Positions 46,294 through 55,776 of a DNA stretch of 64,000 bases are shown in pieces. Made by a program: the position numbers and the translations under genes. The DNA comes from an uncultured Alphaproteobacteria bacterium (GTDB lineage: Bacteria > Pseudomonadota > Alphaproteobacteria > Rs-D84), in the NCBI GenBank assembly GCA_949082785.1, contig CARVLU010000005.1, positions 2,767-66,766 on the forward strand. The letters are read 5' to 3'. The notes below the pieces were generated by a model. It searched no databases, was not told the origin of the DNA, and worked only from the letters and a program-made list of their open reading frames with translations. The number at the start of each line of letters is the position of its first letter. Within the stretch, counting starts at the first letter, position 1.

Positions 46294-47616
46294 TTATTCC
46301 AAATTCAACTGGCGATATTTTATGCGGACGCGACGCTGGATTTCGGAAATCGCATTCATAAAATCGGCGGCGGTGGCGTTCTTGTTCGCGACGGTCGCCC
46401 CAAACAATTCGGTCGCCGCTGTCCCCGCCACGCGTTCACGCGCCGCAATCGTGGTCGCCATCTGCCCCAGTTCCATAAATGTCACATCCCGCAAATTTGC
46501 CGCCCCGCGATATGCGTCCCAATAATAATCCGGATTTATTGAATCTTCGATTAAATTGCGCACAAACAAACGCGGCGTTATCGACCCGGCAAAGGCCACA
46601 CTGGCAAACACCGCATCAATACGACCGGCCGTCATGTCCAAATTCTGGTTAATCTTTAAAATGGCGGGCCCCATATCAGTTCGAACCGACATCCCGCCCA
46701 GTGTTAAATTCGTGACCCACAAATCATCGGTGGTAAAACTGGAAAATTTCCCCAAATCGTTCAGGGTGAATGTATTTGCAATCTCCATCGAACGGGAATC
46801 CGATGATAACGCACCGGCGACCACCGCGGTTTGGGTTTCAAACTGGCGGTCAATTGTCGTGCGATTTTGGAATAAAACGGTGTCCGCAACGATTGTGTCG
46901 GCGGCCAAGACTTCGTCAAACTGGACCGCGGACGCGTCAAAGAATTTCGCGTTTGTGACGTCATGCCCCCCCAGATTCAGCGATGATTTCATCGTTGCAT
47001 CGGCCGCATTTTCAGACGGCAACCGCCACAGATATTTTGTATCTGCGCGCATCCGCGGGGTTAAATCGACAATACCCCCATTGGCATTAATCCCCAAATC
47101 AACCGCATCGGTGCGCCATGTACCGAACGCGCCGTATGCCCGATTATCTTCGACAAAGCCCATATTATCCCCGCCCAGGTTGATAATTTCACGCGTGCGT
47201 TTGGGCGAAATGTCGGCATCGGTAAAAACAATAATTCCCTGTAACGTTGGCTGGGCCGAATTGGACGCGGATTTCAAGACGCGCAATTGATACCGCGCGC
47301 CCTGGCCGTCGGCCATATCCTGGGGGACGCCATAATCGACCAAGTCCGCCAGATTTACCCGCGTGATATTTTTCCCAACCGGCGCCAGCAACGCATCCTG
47401 GTTATACATGATATAGCGTTCCAGGGACGCCTGGATTAATTCCATCTGCTGGGTCAGGGCGATGTTTTCCGCGCGCGTGACCGCATTTTGCTGATATCTG
47501 AAAACAAATGGGATAATGACCGCGGCCAATGCAACACTTAACATCAATTCGACCAACATCCCACCCCGCTGGGCGGCCGCATCGATTGGCTGTAAAAATT
47601 CTTTGATGTGTTTCAT
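46294..47616 (-). CDS. Large type IV pilin-like protein P3 (440 aa)
   Basis: N-terminus ...AAQRG|GMLVELMLSVALAAVIIPFVF (Gly -1, Glu +5, hydrophobic helix, PF). Beta-rich body carrying SLNLGGHDVTN. Confidence 0.7.
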   Translation of the reverse strand: MKHIKEFLQPIDAAAQRGGMLVELMLSVALAAVIIPFVFRYQQNAVTRAENIALTQQMELIQASLERYIMYNQDALLAPVGKNITRVNLADLVDYGVPQDMADGQGARYQLRVLKSASNSAQPTLQGIIVFTDADISPKRTREIINLGGDNMGFVEDNRAYGAFGTWRTDAVDLGINANGGIVDLTPRMRADTKYLWRLPSENAADATMKSSLNLGGHDVTNAKFFDASAVQFDEVLAADTIVADTVLFQNRTTIDRQFETQTAVVAGALSSDSRSMEIANTFTLNDLGKFSSFTTDDLWVTNLTLGGMSVRTDMGPAILKINQNLDMTAGRIDAVFASVAFAGSITPRLFVRNLIEDSINPDYYWDAYRGAANLRDVTFMELGQMATTIAARERVAGTAATELFGATVANKNATAADFMNAISEIQRRVRIKYRQLNLE

Positions 47617-47622
47617 TGTGTA

Positions 47623-48843
47623 TTATTTCCCCGCGGGTTGGATATCTTTCCATGATGACGACATCAACGCATCGAATTCACCACGCACGGGCGCCGCCGG
47701 AATCGTGGCGCGCGACAAATTAAATTCTTTGAACGACGGGGGCGTGGTTGACGGAAATGTCCACGAACCGATTTTCAGCGGCGGGTTCGTCGAATACAGC
47801 AATTCCCCAGACACCGTCAATCCGAAATTATCATAAAATATCATTTCCTGGGCCGACAGAAATGGTGTGTGCACGCCGTTGACACTGATGCCGTCAAATC
47901 CGCTGATGGTGCGCAGACTGTCCGATTTCAGTATTAAATCACGCCCCACATTAATGGAATTATTCACACTGGCGCGGTCGGTGATGATGCGCCCCGTTGT
48001 CGTGAATTTTTCCCCGTTCAGACGATCGGCGGTAATCGTACGAAACCCGGTCACGTCGCCCGTCACGCGCATGGACCCGACCGACGTCGCATTACCGTCC
48101 ATATTGGCCCCCGCGACAAAGAACACATTGCTGGCCGCCATGTCTTCGGCGGTGACAAAGACGGTGGACGCATCGACAACCTTGGCCGATTGGGCGCGCA
48201 CGGTCGATATGTCATATACATTAAACTGCCCCATGTCCAAATCGCGCATCATAACGTTCAAATCATCTTCGCCCGATGTCCCGCGGTGCAGATATTTCGA
48301 TTTGTCTTCGCCGGAAAAATCACGACTGATTCTGTACACCAAATCACCGGGCTGGAAATCCGGGGCCGCCACCGCCCAAGTATCGCCGTACGCCACGCCG
48401 TCGTCGCCAACCATCGCCGCGGCCGTGCCGATTTGGCGCACAATTTTCGACGTGCGCAAATCACTGTCGCCGCCGGCAAAGCCCAAATACACATCGGTCA
48501 CAGCCGCGCCCCGCACCATATATTTATCAATGAACCCGGCCGACGCCGCATCCGATATCGCCGCCAATTCATCGGGCGCCAATTTTATCTGGGCGTAATC
48601 CGGCCAGCGGTCCTGGTTCATGCGCACGAAATTCAGCGCCGCTTCGCGGACGGCAATAATATTGCGGGCGGCCGAAATATCTTGGATGTCGTGTGTGGTG
48701 TCTGTTATCTGCTTATACACGAACGGCGCCAGAAATGTCACCACCCCCAGGGCCAGTAACACTTCCAACATGCTGGCGCCGCGCATGTCGCGCGGATTTG
48801 CGTCGGCAAAGATGCGTGTTTTATTTACAATCACTGCGCCCAT
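47623..48843 (-). CDS. Large type IV pilin-like protein P2 (406 aa; alternative start 48786)
   Basis: N-terminus ...DMRG|ASMLEVLLALGVVTFLAPFVY (Gly -1, Glu +5). Contains RDLDMGQFNVYD. The ORF-track start overlaps the P1 end by 23 nt. Confidence 0.7.
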   Translation of the reverse strand: MGAVIVNKTRIFADANPRDMRGASMLEVLLALGVVTFLAPFVYKQITDTTHDIQDISAARNIIAVREAALNFVRMNQDRWPDYAQIKLAPDELAAISDAASAGFIDKYMVRGAAVTDVYLGFAGGDSDLRTSKIVRQIGTAAAMVGDDGVAYGDTWAVAAPDFQPGDLVYRISRDFSGEDKSKYLHRGTSGEDDLNVMMRDLDMGQFNVYDISTVRAQSAKVVDASTVFVTAEDMAASNVFFVAGANMDGNATSVGSMRVTGDVTGFRTITADRLNGEKFTTTGRIITDRASVNNSINVGRDLILKSDSLRTISGFDGISVNGVHTPFLSAQEMIFYDNFGLTVSGELLYSTNPPLKIGSWTFPSTTPPSFKEFNLSRATIPAAPVRGEFDALMSSSWKDIQPAGK

Positions 48844-50176
48844 CCATCATACATTTTTTGATATCAATGCGGTGTTCCAAACGTTGCCAGTAAACATATT
48901 GGCAAATCAAATACTGGGACAGCGACCGCTGATTATACACCTTGCCCAGGGAAGCAATAATCGACCGGCAATCGACCGTGTTGGATTCCGATGCGGCCGG
49001 ACGGGCCAAAATTTTGAACGCGCCGTTATCGACACCCGAAACCAGCGCATCGGGCAATATCGACGTATCGGCCGGACGCACATCGATAATCACGCGGCCC
49101 GACGCCCCGTCCAACAACGCGTCCGATGTTTGGTCGCGCAGCGTGATGTTGGAAATGGCCAGATTGTCCACCTCTATCCCACTGCGGGCGGCATATTCCA
49201 ATGTGTCGGGACTGATGTAAACATCCTGGCCGCGGGACGCGTTGATAAACGACGCAATTTCCAGCGTATCGACCGACAGATTGATTTTATCCGACACAAC
49301 GTTGCCGCGCACGTTCCATTGGGGCGGGCCATAAAAACTGGTGCGGCCGGCCGTCATGGAAAAGTCATAGACAGACGCCGCCCGCGACACGAAATTACCC
49401 GTGTCACCAAACCGCGAAATGGTTTTGGCATTCACACTGGACGCCGCCAACACCCCACGCGTCACCGTCAATGCGGCGGTGCCATCGGCACTTTGGAATG
49501 TGGTTTTGGTGGCGGATAAATTATCAATGTTGTTGCGGGATTTTCGGCCGTTTTCAACGCCCACAATGGACAACGTGTCCATCTGGCCAGATTCAAATTC
49601 CCCGTTGCGCGCAAACGCCGTGCCGATATTGTCCATCACGAAATTGCCCATATCCAAATCGGCCAGAAATCCGTTTTCATCCAGATTGGTTTCGTCGCGA
49701 CGCACAACGTCGGAAAATTCTTCGTCCAGCGGCACGGCCAAGACAACCGCATCATCGGCGGCGTGCGCATAAAATCCCAACCGGCGTGCCATTTCCGCGC
49801 GCTGTAACCCGGACAGTTTTCCACCCGACACGACCAGACGCGCGGTCACCAATTGCGGCGTCTTTTCAATTTCCAATGCGACATCCTGGCCCAGGGCCGT
49901 TCGCGCCACCGCCCCCAGCGGCAATCCATACGGTTCCAGCGTATCTGCAAACGCATTCCCTGCAATCACCGTCGTCCCATACGCCAACTGGCCCGCATTT
50001 TCCCGCACGAACAAACGCGCGGCGGTCTGGGCGGTTTCCAGTTGCTGGGTCACGGCAAACATTTGGGAATTTCTGTCACGGTCGGCCAATTTTTGCGCAA
50101 AAAAAGGCATAAAGGCAAATATCAACGTCACTGCCAACAAAGCCTGCAATAAAAAATTTCCGCTTTGGCGCGACAA
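48821..50176 (-). CDS. Large type IV pilin-like protein P1 (451 aa), Gln at +5
   Basis: N-terminus MSRQSG|NFLLQALLAVTLIFAFMPFF. Contains ADLDMGNFVMDN. Cys-containing C-terminus (CRSII...CQYVY...CMMDGRSDC). Confidence 0.7.
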   Translation of the reverse strand: MSRQSGNFLLQALLAVTLIFAFMPFFAQKLADRDRNSQMFAVTQQLETAQTAARLFVRENAGQLAYGTTVIAGNAFADTLEPYGLPLGAVARTALGQDVALEIEKTPQLVTARLVVSGGKLSGLQRAEMARRLGFYAHAADDAVVLAVPLDEEFSDVVRRDETNLDENGFLADLDMGNFVMDNIGTAFARNGEFESGQMDTLSIVGVENGRKSRNNIDNLSATKTTFQSADGTAALTVTRGVLAASSVNAKTISRFGDTGNFVSRAASVYDFSMTAGRTSFYGPPQWNVRGNVVSDKINLSVDTLEIASFINASRGQDVYISPDTLEYAARSGIEVDNLAISNITLRDQTSDALLDGASGRVIIDVRPADTSILPDALVSGVDNGAFKILARPAASESNTVDCRSIIASLGKVYNQRSLSQYLICQYVYWQRLEHRIDIKKCMMDGRSDCK

Positions 50177-50319
50177 AAGCCGACCCTCCTACGATGCGCA
50201 GGATAGCATTTGAAAAAAAATATTGCAAACAGTTTTCAGATGCTTTATTATCCCAACCGTTGCAGGAAAGCGGCAACAAATGCCGCGGAAAAATGTTCAC
50301 TTCCAAATAAAGAAAAAAT

Positions 50320-50613
50320 ATGCAAAACAAAAAAAGCCAGTCGTCTGTGGGTCAGATGATTCAACGTTGCCACAAATGGCGCCAGAAAAGAAAACAATAT
50401 ATGGACCAGGCACGCCAGACGGCGGACGAAATCGAACGCGAACGCTTGATGCAAACGGCCGAACATTACGGACGCATCGTGGCCGCAGAACAGGGAAAAA
50501 TCGATTCCACCCGCGACCCGCGTGACAAAACCCCGACCATCCCCGCCGACGATGCGATGACATCGGATGATGACGATGCGGGCTTTGCGGATTTTGTGTC
50601 GAATTTGAAATAA
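50320..50613 (+). CDS. Small charged protein, DUF4167-like
   Basis: 97 aa. KRKQYMDQARQTADEIERERLMQTAEHYGRIV resembles the alphaproteobacterial DUF4167 core (..QHAEHY.R). Acidic tail. Confidence 0.5.
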   Translation: MQNKKSQSSVGQMIQRCHKWRQKRKQYMDQARQTADEIERERLMQTAEHYGRIVAAEQGKIDSTRDPRDKTPTIPADDAMTSDDDDAGFADFVSNLK

Positions 50614-50681
50614 AACTTATCACTTTAATTGTTGAAATCTGACTTGGTTTTGCTATGCTTCTGCAAAAGGAAGTTTATAGC

Positions 50682-52310
50682 ATGGATACCAGTTACACCG
50701 TTTTGGCCCGCAAATATCGCAGCCAGGATTTTCAATCTTTAATCGGCCAGGATGTCTTGGTCAAAACACTGACGACCGCGATTAACACATCGCGTATTGC
50801 GCATGCCTATATCTTTACCGGTATCCGCGGGACGGGAAAAACCAGTACGGCCCGCATTCTGGCCAAGGCTTTGAATTGTCTGTCATCGGACCGCGCGACC
50901 GCGGCACCGTGCGGGACATGCGAAAACTGTCGCGCGATTGCCGCCGGCCAACATATCGACGTTTTGGAAATCGACGCCGCGTCACACACCGGGGTTGACA
51001 ACATGCGTGATATTTTGGATGCCGCGCAATACCGCCCGACCAATGGCCGGTACAAGGTTTATATTATCGACGAAGTCCACATGTTATCGACATCGGCGTT
51101 TAACGCGTTGCTGAAAACACTGGAAGAACCGCCGGCACACGTTATCTTTATCCTGGCGACCACCGAAATCAGAAAGGTGCCCGTCACCATTTTATCCCGA
51201 TGCCAACGATTTGACCTGGTGCGTGTGCCGGTCGAAACGTTAAAGAAACATTTTGCATGGATTGCGTCCCAGGAACAGGTGGAACTGTCCGACGGGGCAA
51301 ATGAATTATTGGCGCGCGCGGCCGACGGTTCGGTTCGCGACGGGCTGTCCCTGTTGGACCAGGCGATTGCCCAAACCGGCGGCCACGTGGACGAAGCGGC
51401 CGTCCTGGACATGTTAAAGCGTGCAGACCGCGGCGTCGTGGTTGATTTCATGCGCACATTGCTGTCGGGTAATGTTGCGGCGGCATTGGACCGCGCGGAC
51501 CAGATTTACACCAACGGTGCGGATTTGGCAATGCTGTTGACCGACATGATGGAATGGACGCACTGGGCGACGCGCATGCACCCGGCACTGCACGCGGGCG
51601 ACGCGACCAATTCGCCATACACCGCGGACCAGCGCGAACAAATCCGCGACATTAATAAAAACGTCAGTTTGAACACCCTGTCCCGTATATGGCAGGTGAT
51701 GGTGGCATCCGTTCCCGAAATGCAGGCGGCCGGCAATCAAAAACAATGCTTTGACATGTTGATTGTACGCTTGATGCACATTGCGGATATGCCGTCGGTC
51801 CCCGAATTGTTACGGCAACAGGCCGCCGCCCCGCGCCCCGCCAATGCGCGTGACGTCATGGCCGCCCGGAATGCGGCGCAGACCACCCCGCAAAGCGCAT
51901 CCGCGCCAACCATGCCATCGGCAATGACAACCGTGGCCGCGCCCCAACCGACTGATGCGCCCGCCGCCCCCACAATCACGATTACATCGGCGACGGAATT
52001 GGCAACCGCCCTGCAATCGGCCAAGGAAATTTTGCTGTATTCATATTACAGCAGCAATATCGAAATCGCCGATTTTGCAGATGGCAAAATGGTCTATTAC
52101 GATCGCAAGGGGGACGCCGATTTCCCGAAAAAGCTGGCCGTCTGGTTACAGGATAAAACGGGCCGCGCGTGGACACTGGAACGGTGCGAACAATCGCCCC
52201 ACAAACAAACCGTCACCGAACAAAAGAAAGAAGAACTGGTATCCGACCCATTGATTGCAAATGCGATGTCGCTGTTTGAAAATGCGGAAATCGTCGGCGT
52301 TTCAAAATAA
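50682..52310 (+). CDS. dnaX: DNA polymerase III subunit gamma/tau
   Basis: Start moved to ATG 50682. Contains YRSQDF..LIGQ, Walker A GIRGTGKTS, zinc module CGTCENC, DEVHMLS and SRCQRF. Confidence 0.94.
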   Translation: MDTSYTVLARKYRSQDFQSLIGQDVLVKTLTTAINTSRIAHAYIFTGIRGTGKTSTARILAKALNCLSSDRATAAPCGTCENCRAIAAGQHIDVLEIDAASHTGVDNMRDILDAAQYRPTNGRYKVYIIDEVHMLSTSAFNALLKTLEEPPAHVIFILATTEIRKVPVTILSRCQRFDLVRVPVETLKKHFAWIASQEQVELSDGANELLARAADGSVRDGLSLLDQAIAQTGGHVDEAAVLDMLKRADRGVVVDFMRTLLSGNVAAALDRADQIYTNGADLAMLLTDMMEWTHWATRMHPALHAGDATNSPYTADQREQIRDINKNVSLNTLSRIWQVMVASVPEMQAAGNQKQCFDMLIVRLMHIADMPSVPELLRQQAAAPRPANARDVMAARNAAQTTPQSASAPTMPSAMTTVAAPQPTDAPAAPTITITSATELATALQSAKEILLYSYYSSNIEIADFADGKMVYYDRKGDADFPKKLAVWLQDKTGRAWTLERCEQSPHKQTVTEQKKEELVSDPLIANAMSLFENAEIVGVSK

Positions 52311-52336
52311 GAAAATACAAAGGAAAGGATTTGCCC

Positions 52337-52795
52337 ATGAACCAACAATCTGGACGTTCGTTAATAGAAGTTATCGGTATCCTGGCCATATCGGCGATGA
52401 TGGCGGCCGGGGCGGTCACGATGTACGGAATGTTGCGCAATCGTCAAATCCGCACCATTGCGGTTTCCGAATTGGAACAAATTGCAAAAAACACGCGCCT
52501 GTTGATGGCGCCGCGTGGCGATTACACCGGCGTGTCCGTCGATTATCTGATAAAGGCGGGCGCCCTGGCCAATGCGAACGCGCCACTGGGGACGGACAAC
52601 TGGTCCGTCACGGCCACGGCCGACGGGGCGGCATTTTCAATCAATCTGATGGGGCTGTCGGCGGGGGAATGCAATTTCTTGGTTGCGTCCAAAACCGCAT
52701 GGGCGTCCCAGATGCGCGTCAACGGATATGAAACCACCGTCGATGATTATTGTCTGTCAACCGGTGACAACCAGGTTTCCTTTATCGTGGAATAA
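52337..52795 (+). CDS. Type IVa-like pilin (152 aa)
   Basis: MNQQSG|RSLIEVIGILAISAMMAAGAV (6-aa leader, Gly -1, Glu +5). C-terminal Cys pair (GECNFL...DDYC). AAGGAAAGGA SD lies 8 nt upstream. The ORF track starts at TTG 52331. Confidence 0.8.
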   Translation: MNQQSGRSLIEVIGILAISAMMAAGAVTMYGMLRNRQIRTIAVSELEQIAKNTRLLMAPRGDYTGVSVDYLIKAGALANANAPLGTDNWSVTATADGAAFSINLMGLSAGECNFLVASKTAWASQMRVNGYETTVDDYCLSTGDNQVSFIVE

Positions 52796-52804
52796 CACCA
52801 TTAA

Positions 52805-53479
52805 ATGATGCGGGGATTTGCGACGCTTTTGCTGATAATGATGACGATGACGTCATGCGTCACGTATCACAGTCCCGCGCGCCAAACATGGCCGACACTG
52901 TTGCGCGGCGCGTCCATGACCGACATGACAGAAATGTCACGCGTCGCCAAACGTCCGGTGTATCTGGGCGCGGGCGGACAACTGGTGACGGCAACCGAAA
53001 ATCCGGCCGCCGATTACGGGGATAAAATTGCCAACGAAAACGCCGCCGCGTTAAATTACATGGCCAAATTGGAATACGCACTGTACGACGCGCTGCGCAT
53101 GCCGGGCATATCGGTCCAACGGGCCGGCACGGACGTGGTGGTTATCATGGTGCGCGACGCACTGATGGAATTGGACGTGGCGGACATTTCACCCGACGGG
53201 GACCGCGCACTGAATATTATGGCCAAGATTTTGCGCCAATACGACGCGACATTTATCGAAATCGCCGGATATACCGACGCCATGCGCGACGGCGCCGCCG
53301 CGCGGTCATTGTCATTGGACATGGCGCAGCGGGTGGCCGTGTACCTGGCACAGCATAAAATCAACACCGCCCGCATGTTTATTGTCGGCCGTGGCGCAAC
53401 GCGCCCCATCGCCGCCCAGGATGATATCGGCCGTCTGACCAATCGGCGGGTGGAAATTCGCCTGGCACCGGCGCGGTAA
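52805..53479 (+). CDS. OmpA/MotB-domain lipoprotein
   Basis: 224 aa. Lipobox MMTMTSC. OmpA_C-like region GYTDAMRDGAAARSLSLDMAQRVAVYL...NRRVEIRL. Confidence 0.8.
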   Translation: MMRGFATLLLIMMTMTSCVTYHSPARQTWPTLLRGASMTDMTEMSRVAKRPVYLGAGGQLVTATENPAADYGDKIANENAAALNYMAKLEYALYDALRMPGISVQRAGTDVVVIMVRDALMELDVADISPDGDRALNIMAKILRQYDATFIEIAGYTDAMRDGAAARSLSLDMAQRVAVYLAQHKINTARMFIVGRGATRPIAAQDDIGRLTNRRVEIRLAPAR

Positions 53480-53559
53480 CGCGCGGTCGGGATAACTTTC
53501 CCTTTTCATTTCAAATTTTTGTTGCTATACTTTTTCCAACCAGACAAAAGGAAGGACAA

Positions 53560-54234
53560 ATGGCAAACAAAAACACATCTGCGACCGTCAACCCGGCCGC
53601 AAAAAACTATGCTAAAATCGGTATTATCGCCGCCATTGTTGTTGCGGTTGCGGCGGCGGGATTCTTTGCGGTACGCGCGATTAATCATCGTGGCGGCGCC
53701 AGTGTTGAACAATCGCTGGCGGCGGTATCCGCGGATGCGGCCAATGGCGCCGCGCTGCGCATTGCGGTTATCCGCATGGACGCCATCCAGGGCGAAGCGG
53801 CGGCACTGAAAGACCTGCGCAAGCAAAAGGAATCGTATGAATCCAAACTGCGCGATGAATTGACCCGTGACCAAAAGGCACTGGAAAAGGAAAAGGCGGA
53901 AATTGAAAAATCCCAGGATGTTTTGTCCCGTGACGCACTGCAACGCCGCGTTGTGGATTATCAAAACCGCGTGACGAAGTTACAGCGTGATTTGACCGAA
54001 CGCGCCCAAAGCATCGAAGTCGCGTTTCAAAACGCCCTGAACGAAGTCCAGGCCAAACATCTGGACCCGTTAATCGAAGGGATTATCGCAAAAAAGAATC
54101 TGTCGTTGGTTATCGACGGCCGCTTTGCCCGCGTTGGCAACGACGCCCAGAATCTGGACATCACCGACGAAGTGATTTCGGCCCTGAACAAGAAAGTGTC
54201 CAACGTCAAAATGGCCACCCCAAAGGGATTCTAA
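53560..54234 (+). CDS. skp: OmpH/Skp-family periplasmic chaperone
   Basis: 224 aa. N-terminal anchor or signal, then a long charged coiled coil (LRKQKESYESKLRDELTRDQKALEKEKAEIEKSQ) typical of Skp. Confidence 0.75.
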   Translation: MANKNTSATVNPAAKNYAKIGIIAAIVVAVAAAGFFAVRAINHRGGASVEQSLAAVSADAANGAALRIAVIRMDAIQGEAAALKDLRKQKESYESKLRDELTRDQKALEKEKAEIEKSQDVLSRDALQRRVVDYQNRVTKLQRDLTERAQSIEVAFQNALNEVQAKHLDPLIEGIIAKKNLSLVIDGRFARVGNDAQNLDITDEVISALNKKVSNVKMATPKGF

Positions 54235-54244
54235 GCCACACATG

Positions 54245-54270
54245 AAAAAACCCGCCATTGGCGGGTTTTT
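54245..54270. terminator. skp terminator AAAAAACCCGCC-ATTG-GCGGGTTTTT
   Basis: Hairpin plus T-run 10 nt after the stop. Confidence 0.8.
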
Positions 54271-54383
54271 CTTCGTTCCAAGGCAGAAAAAAGGCGCCGG
54301 ATAAAACCTGCGCCTTTTCTTTGATTGCGGATAGAGTAGATAAACGCCATCACGCAATGCCATGGACCAATCAAACCATGGGT

Positions 54384-55724
54384 TTATTGGTCAAATGGAT
54401 TATCCGCTTTTTTATACTCGATTACAACAGGCAAATGTTCCCAGTGTAATGCCGTGGCCAACCCGCGACGCAGATAACGGGTGTATGATTCCGGGATATC
54501 GGACGCGCCGCCCACATTAATCGTGATACGCATCGGATGGCGGCCCGTCTGGGATGCAAACTTGATTTTCATCGGCCGCTTTAAACGGGACAACGGCGGC
54601 TGGCGCTGTTCCACCAGCTTTTCAACGATGCGGTTCACCAGACTGGTCGGCGCCTGGGCATTGGATAAATCCCACTGTTCATAAATCCGCTTGAACATGT
54701 TTTGGACACCGGTTCCCTTTTCTGCGGAAATGGCCAGAATCATCGGCTTGATAATCTGATGAAATGAATTGGCAAACTGATGCTTTAACTTCAACAGTTT
54801 TTCATCGCGCAGCGCCGGTTCCACCAAATCCCATTTGTTCAGCGCGACGCACAAAATCTTGCCCGCGTCGTAAACACGCGCCGCAATCGACAGCGCCTGG
54901 TTTTCAATATCGCGCGTCGCATCAACCATTAAAATGACAACATTCGCCTTGCCCACCGCGTCCAGCGATTTTAACGCCGACAGTGTTTCCACGTCATCGG
55001 TAACGCCCGCCTTGCGGCGCAGACCCGCCGTATCCATCAAAACGATATCCCGCCCGTAAAAGCGTACGGGAATTTTCACCGTGTCACGCGTCACGCCCGG
55101 TTCGTCTTTGACAATCTGACGCTGTTGGCCCAAAACGCGGTTCACAAATGTGGATTTACCGACGTTTGGCTGGCCCATGACGGCAATTTTCAAACGCGCG
55201 TCGGTGTCCGCCGGGGCGGCATCCGTATCCGACCCAATTTTGTCCAAGAATTCATAAATCTGGGAAAATCCACGTTTGTGTTCCGCCGAAATCAGTTCCG
55301 GTTCCCCAAACCCCAGTTTGTAAAAATCATCCAGATTACCCAAACGGCGGTCCGATTCGGCCTTGTTCACCAGCAATAAAACCGGCGCACGGCTGTTACG
55401 ACGCACGGTACGGGCCCAATCCAAATCTTCGGGTAATAATCCCGCGCGGCCGTCCACCACGAACAAGATGGCGTCCGCCCCCTTAATCGCGTTCAGCGCC
55501 ATGTCGGTCGAATGCGCCGCAATCCCGGTTTTGGCGCGTTCCAACCCCGCCGTGTCAAAGATTTCCCATGCGCGCGCCACCATGACGCCGCCAATGACAT
55601 CGCGCGTCACGCCCGGCCGGTCATGGACCAGCGCATCACGCGTCCCGGTCAAACCGTTGAACAATGTTGATTTACCTGTGTTGGGTCGCCCCACAATTGC
55701 CAGTTTCTTCATAACTTTTTCCAT
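54384..55724 (-). CDS. der: Ribosome-associated GTPase Der/EngA
   Basis: 446 aa. Two GTPase domains (GRPNTGKST...DTAG; GQPNVGKST...DTAG...NKWD) plus a KH-like C-terminus. Confidence 0.94.
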   Translation of the reverse strand: MEKVMKKLAIVGRPNTGKSTLFNGLTGTRDALVHDRPGVTRDVIGGVMVARAWEIFDTAGLERAKTGIAAHSTDMALNAIKGADAILFVVDGRAGLLPEDLDWARTVRRNSRAPVLLLVNKAESDRRLGNLDDFYKLGFGEPELISAEHKRGFSQIYEFLDKIGSDTDAAPADTDARLKIAVMGQPNVGKSTFVNRVLGQQRQIVKDEPGVTRDTVKIPVRFYGRDIVLMDTAGLRRKAGVTDDVETLSALKSLDAVGKANVVILMVDATRDIENQALSIAARVYDAGKILCVALNKWDLVEPALRDEKLLKLKHQFANSFHQIIKPMILAISAEKGTGVQNMFKRIYEQWDLSNAQAPTSLVNRIVEKLVEQRQPPLSRLKRPMKIKFASQTGRHPMRITINVGGASDIPESYTRYLRRGLATALHWEHLPVVIEYKKADNPFDQ

Positions 55725-55776
55725 TGATTTTTTTCAATTATAAAGCAAAAATAGAAATAATCAAACGGAGTGTGCC

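Noticed and set aside
48821-48843. The 23-nt overlap between the P1 end and the ORF-track start of P2, as a possible frameshift or fusion.
   Set aside because: An in-frame ATG at 48786 gives MRG|ASMLEV with no overlap. Both ORFs are complete in their own frames, so no frameshift needs to be invoked.
54340-54384. CCATGG-N10-CCATGG hairpin just downstream of the der stop, as a regulatory element.
   Set aside because: It is a short 6-bp palindrome pair seen only once. Proper terminator hairpins lie further downstream at 54245-54270 and about 54286-54320. Support is insufficient.
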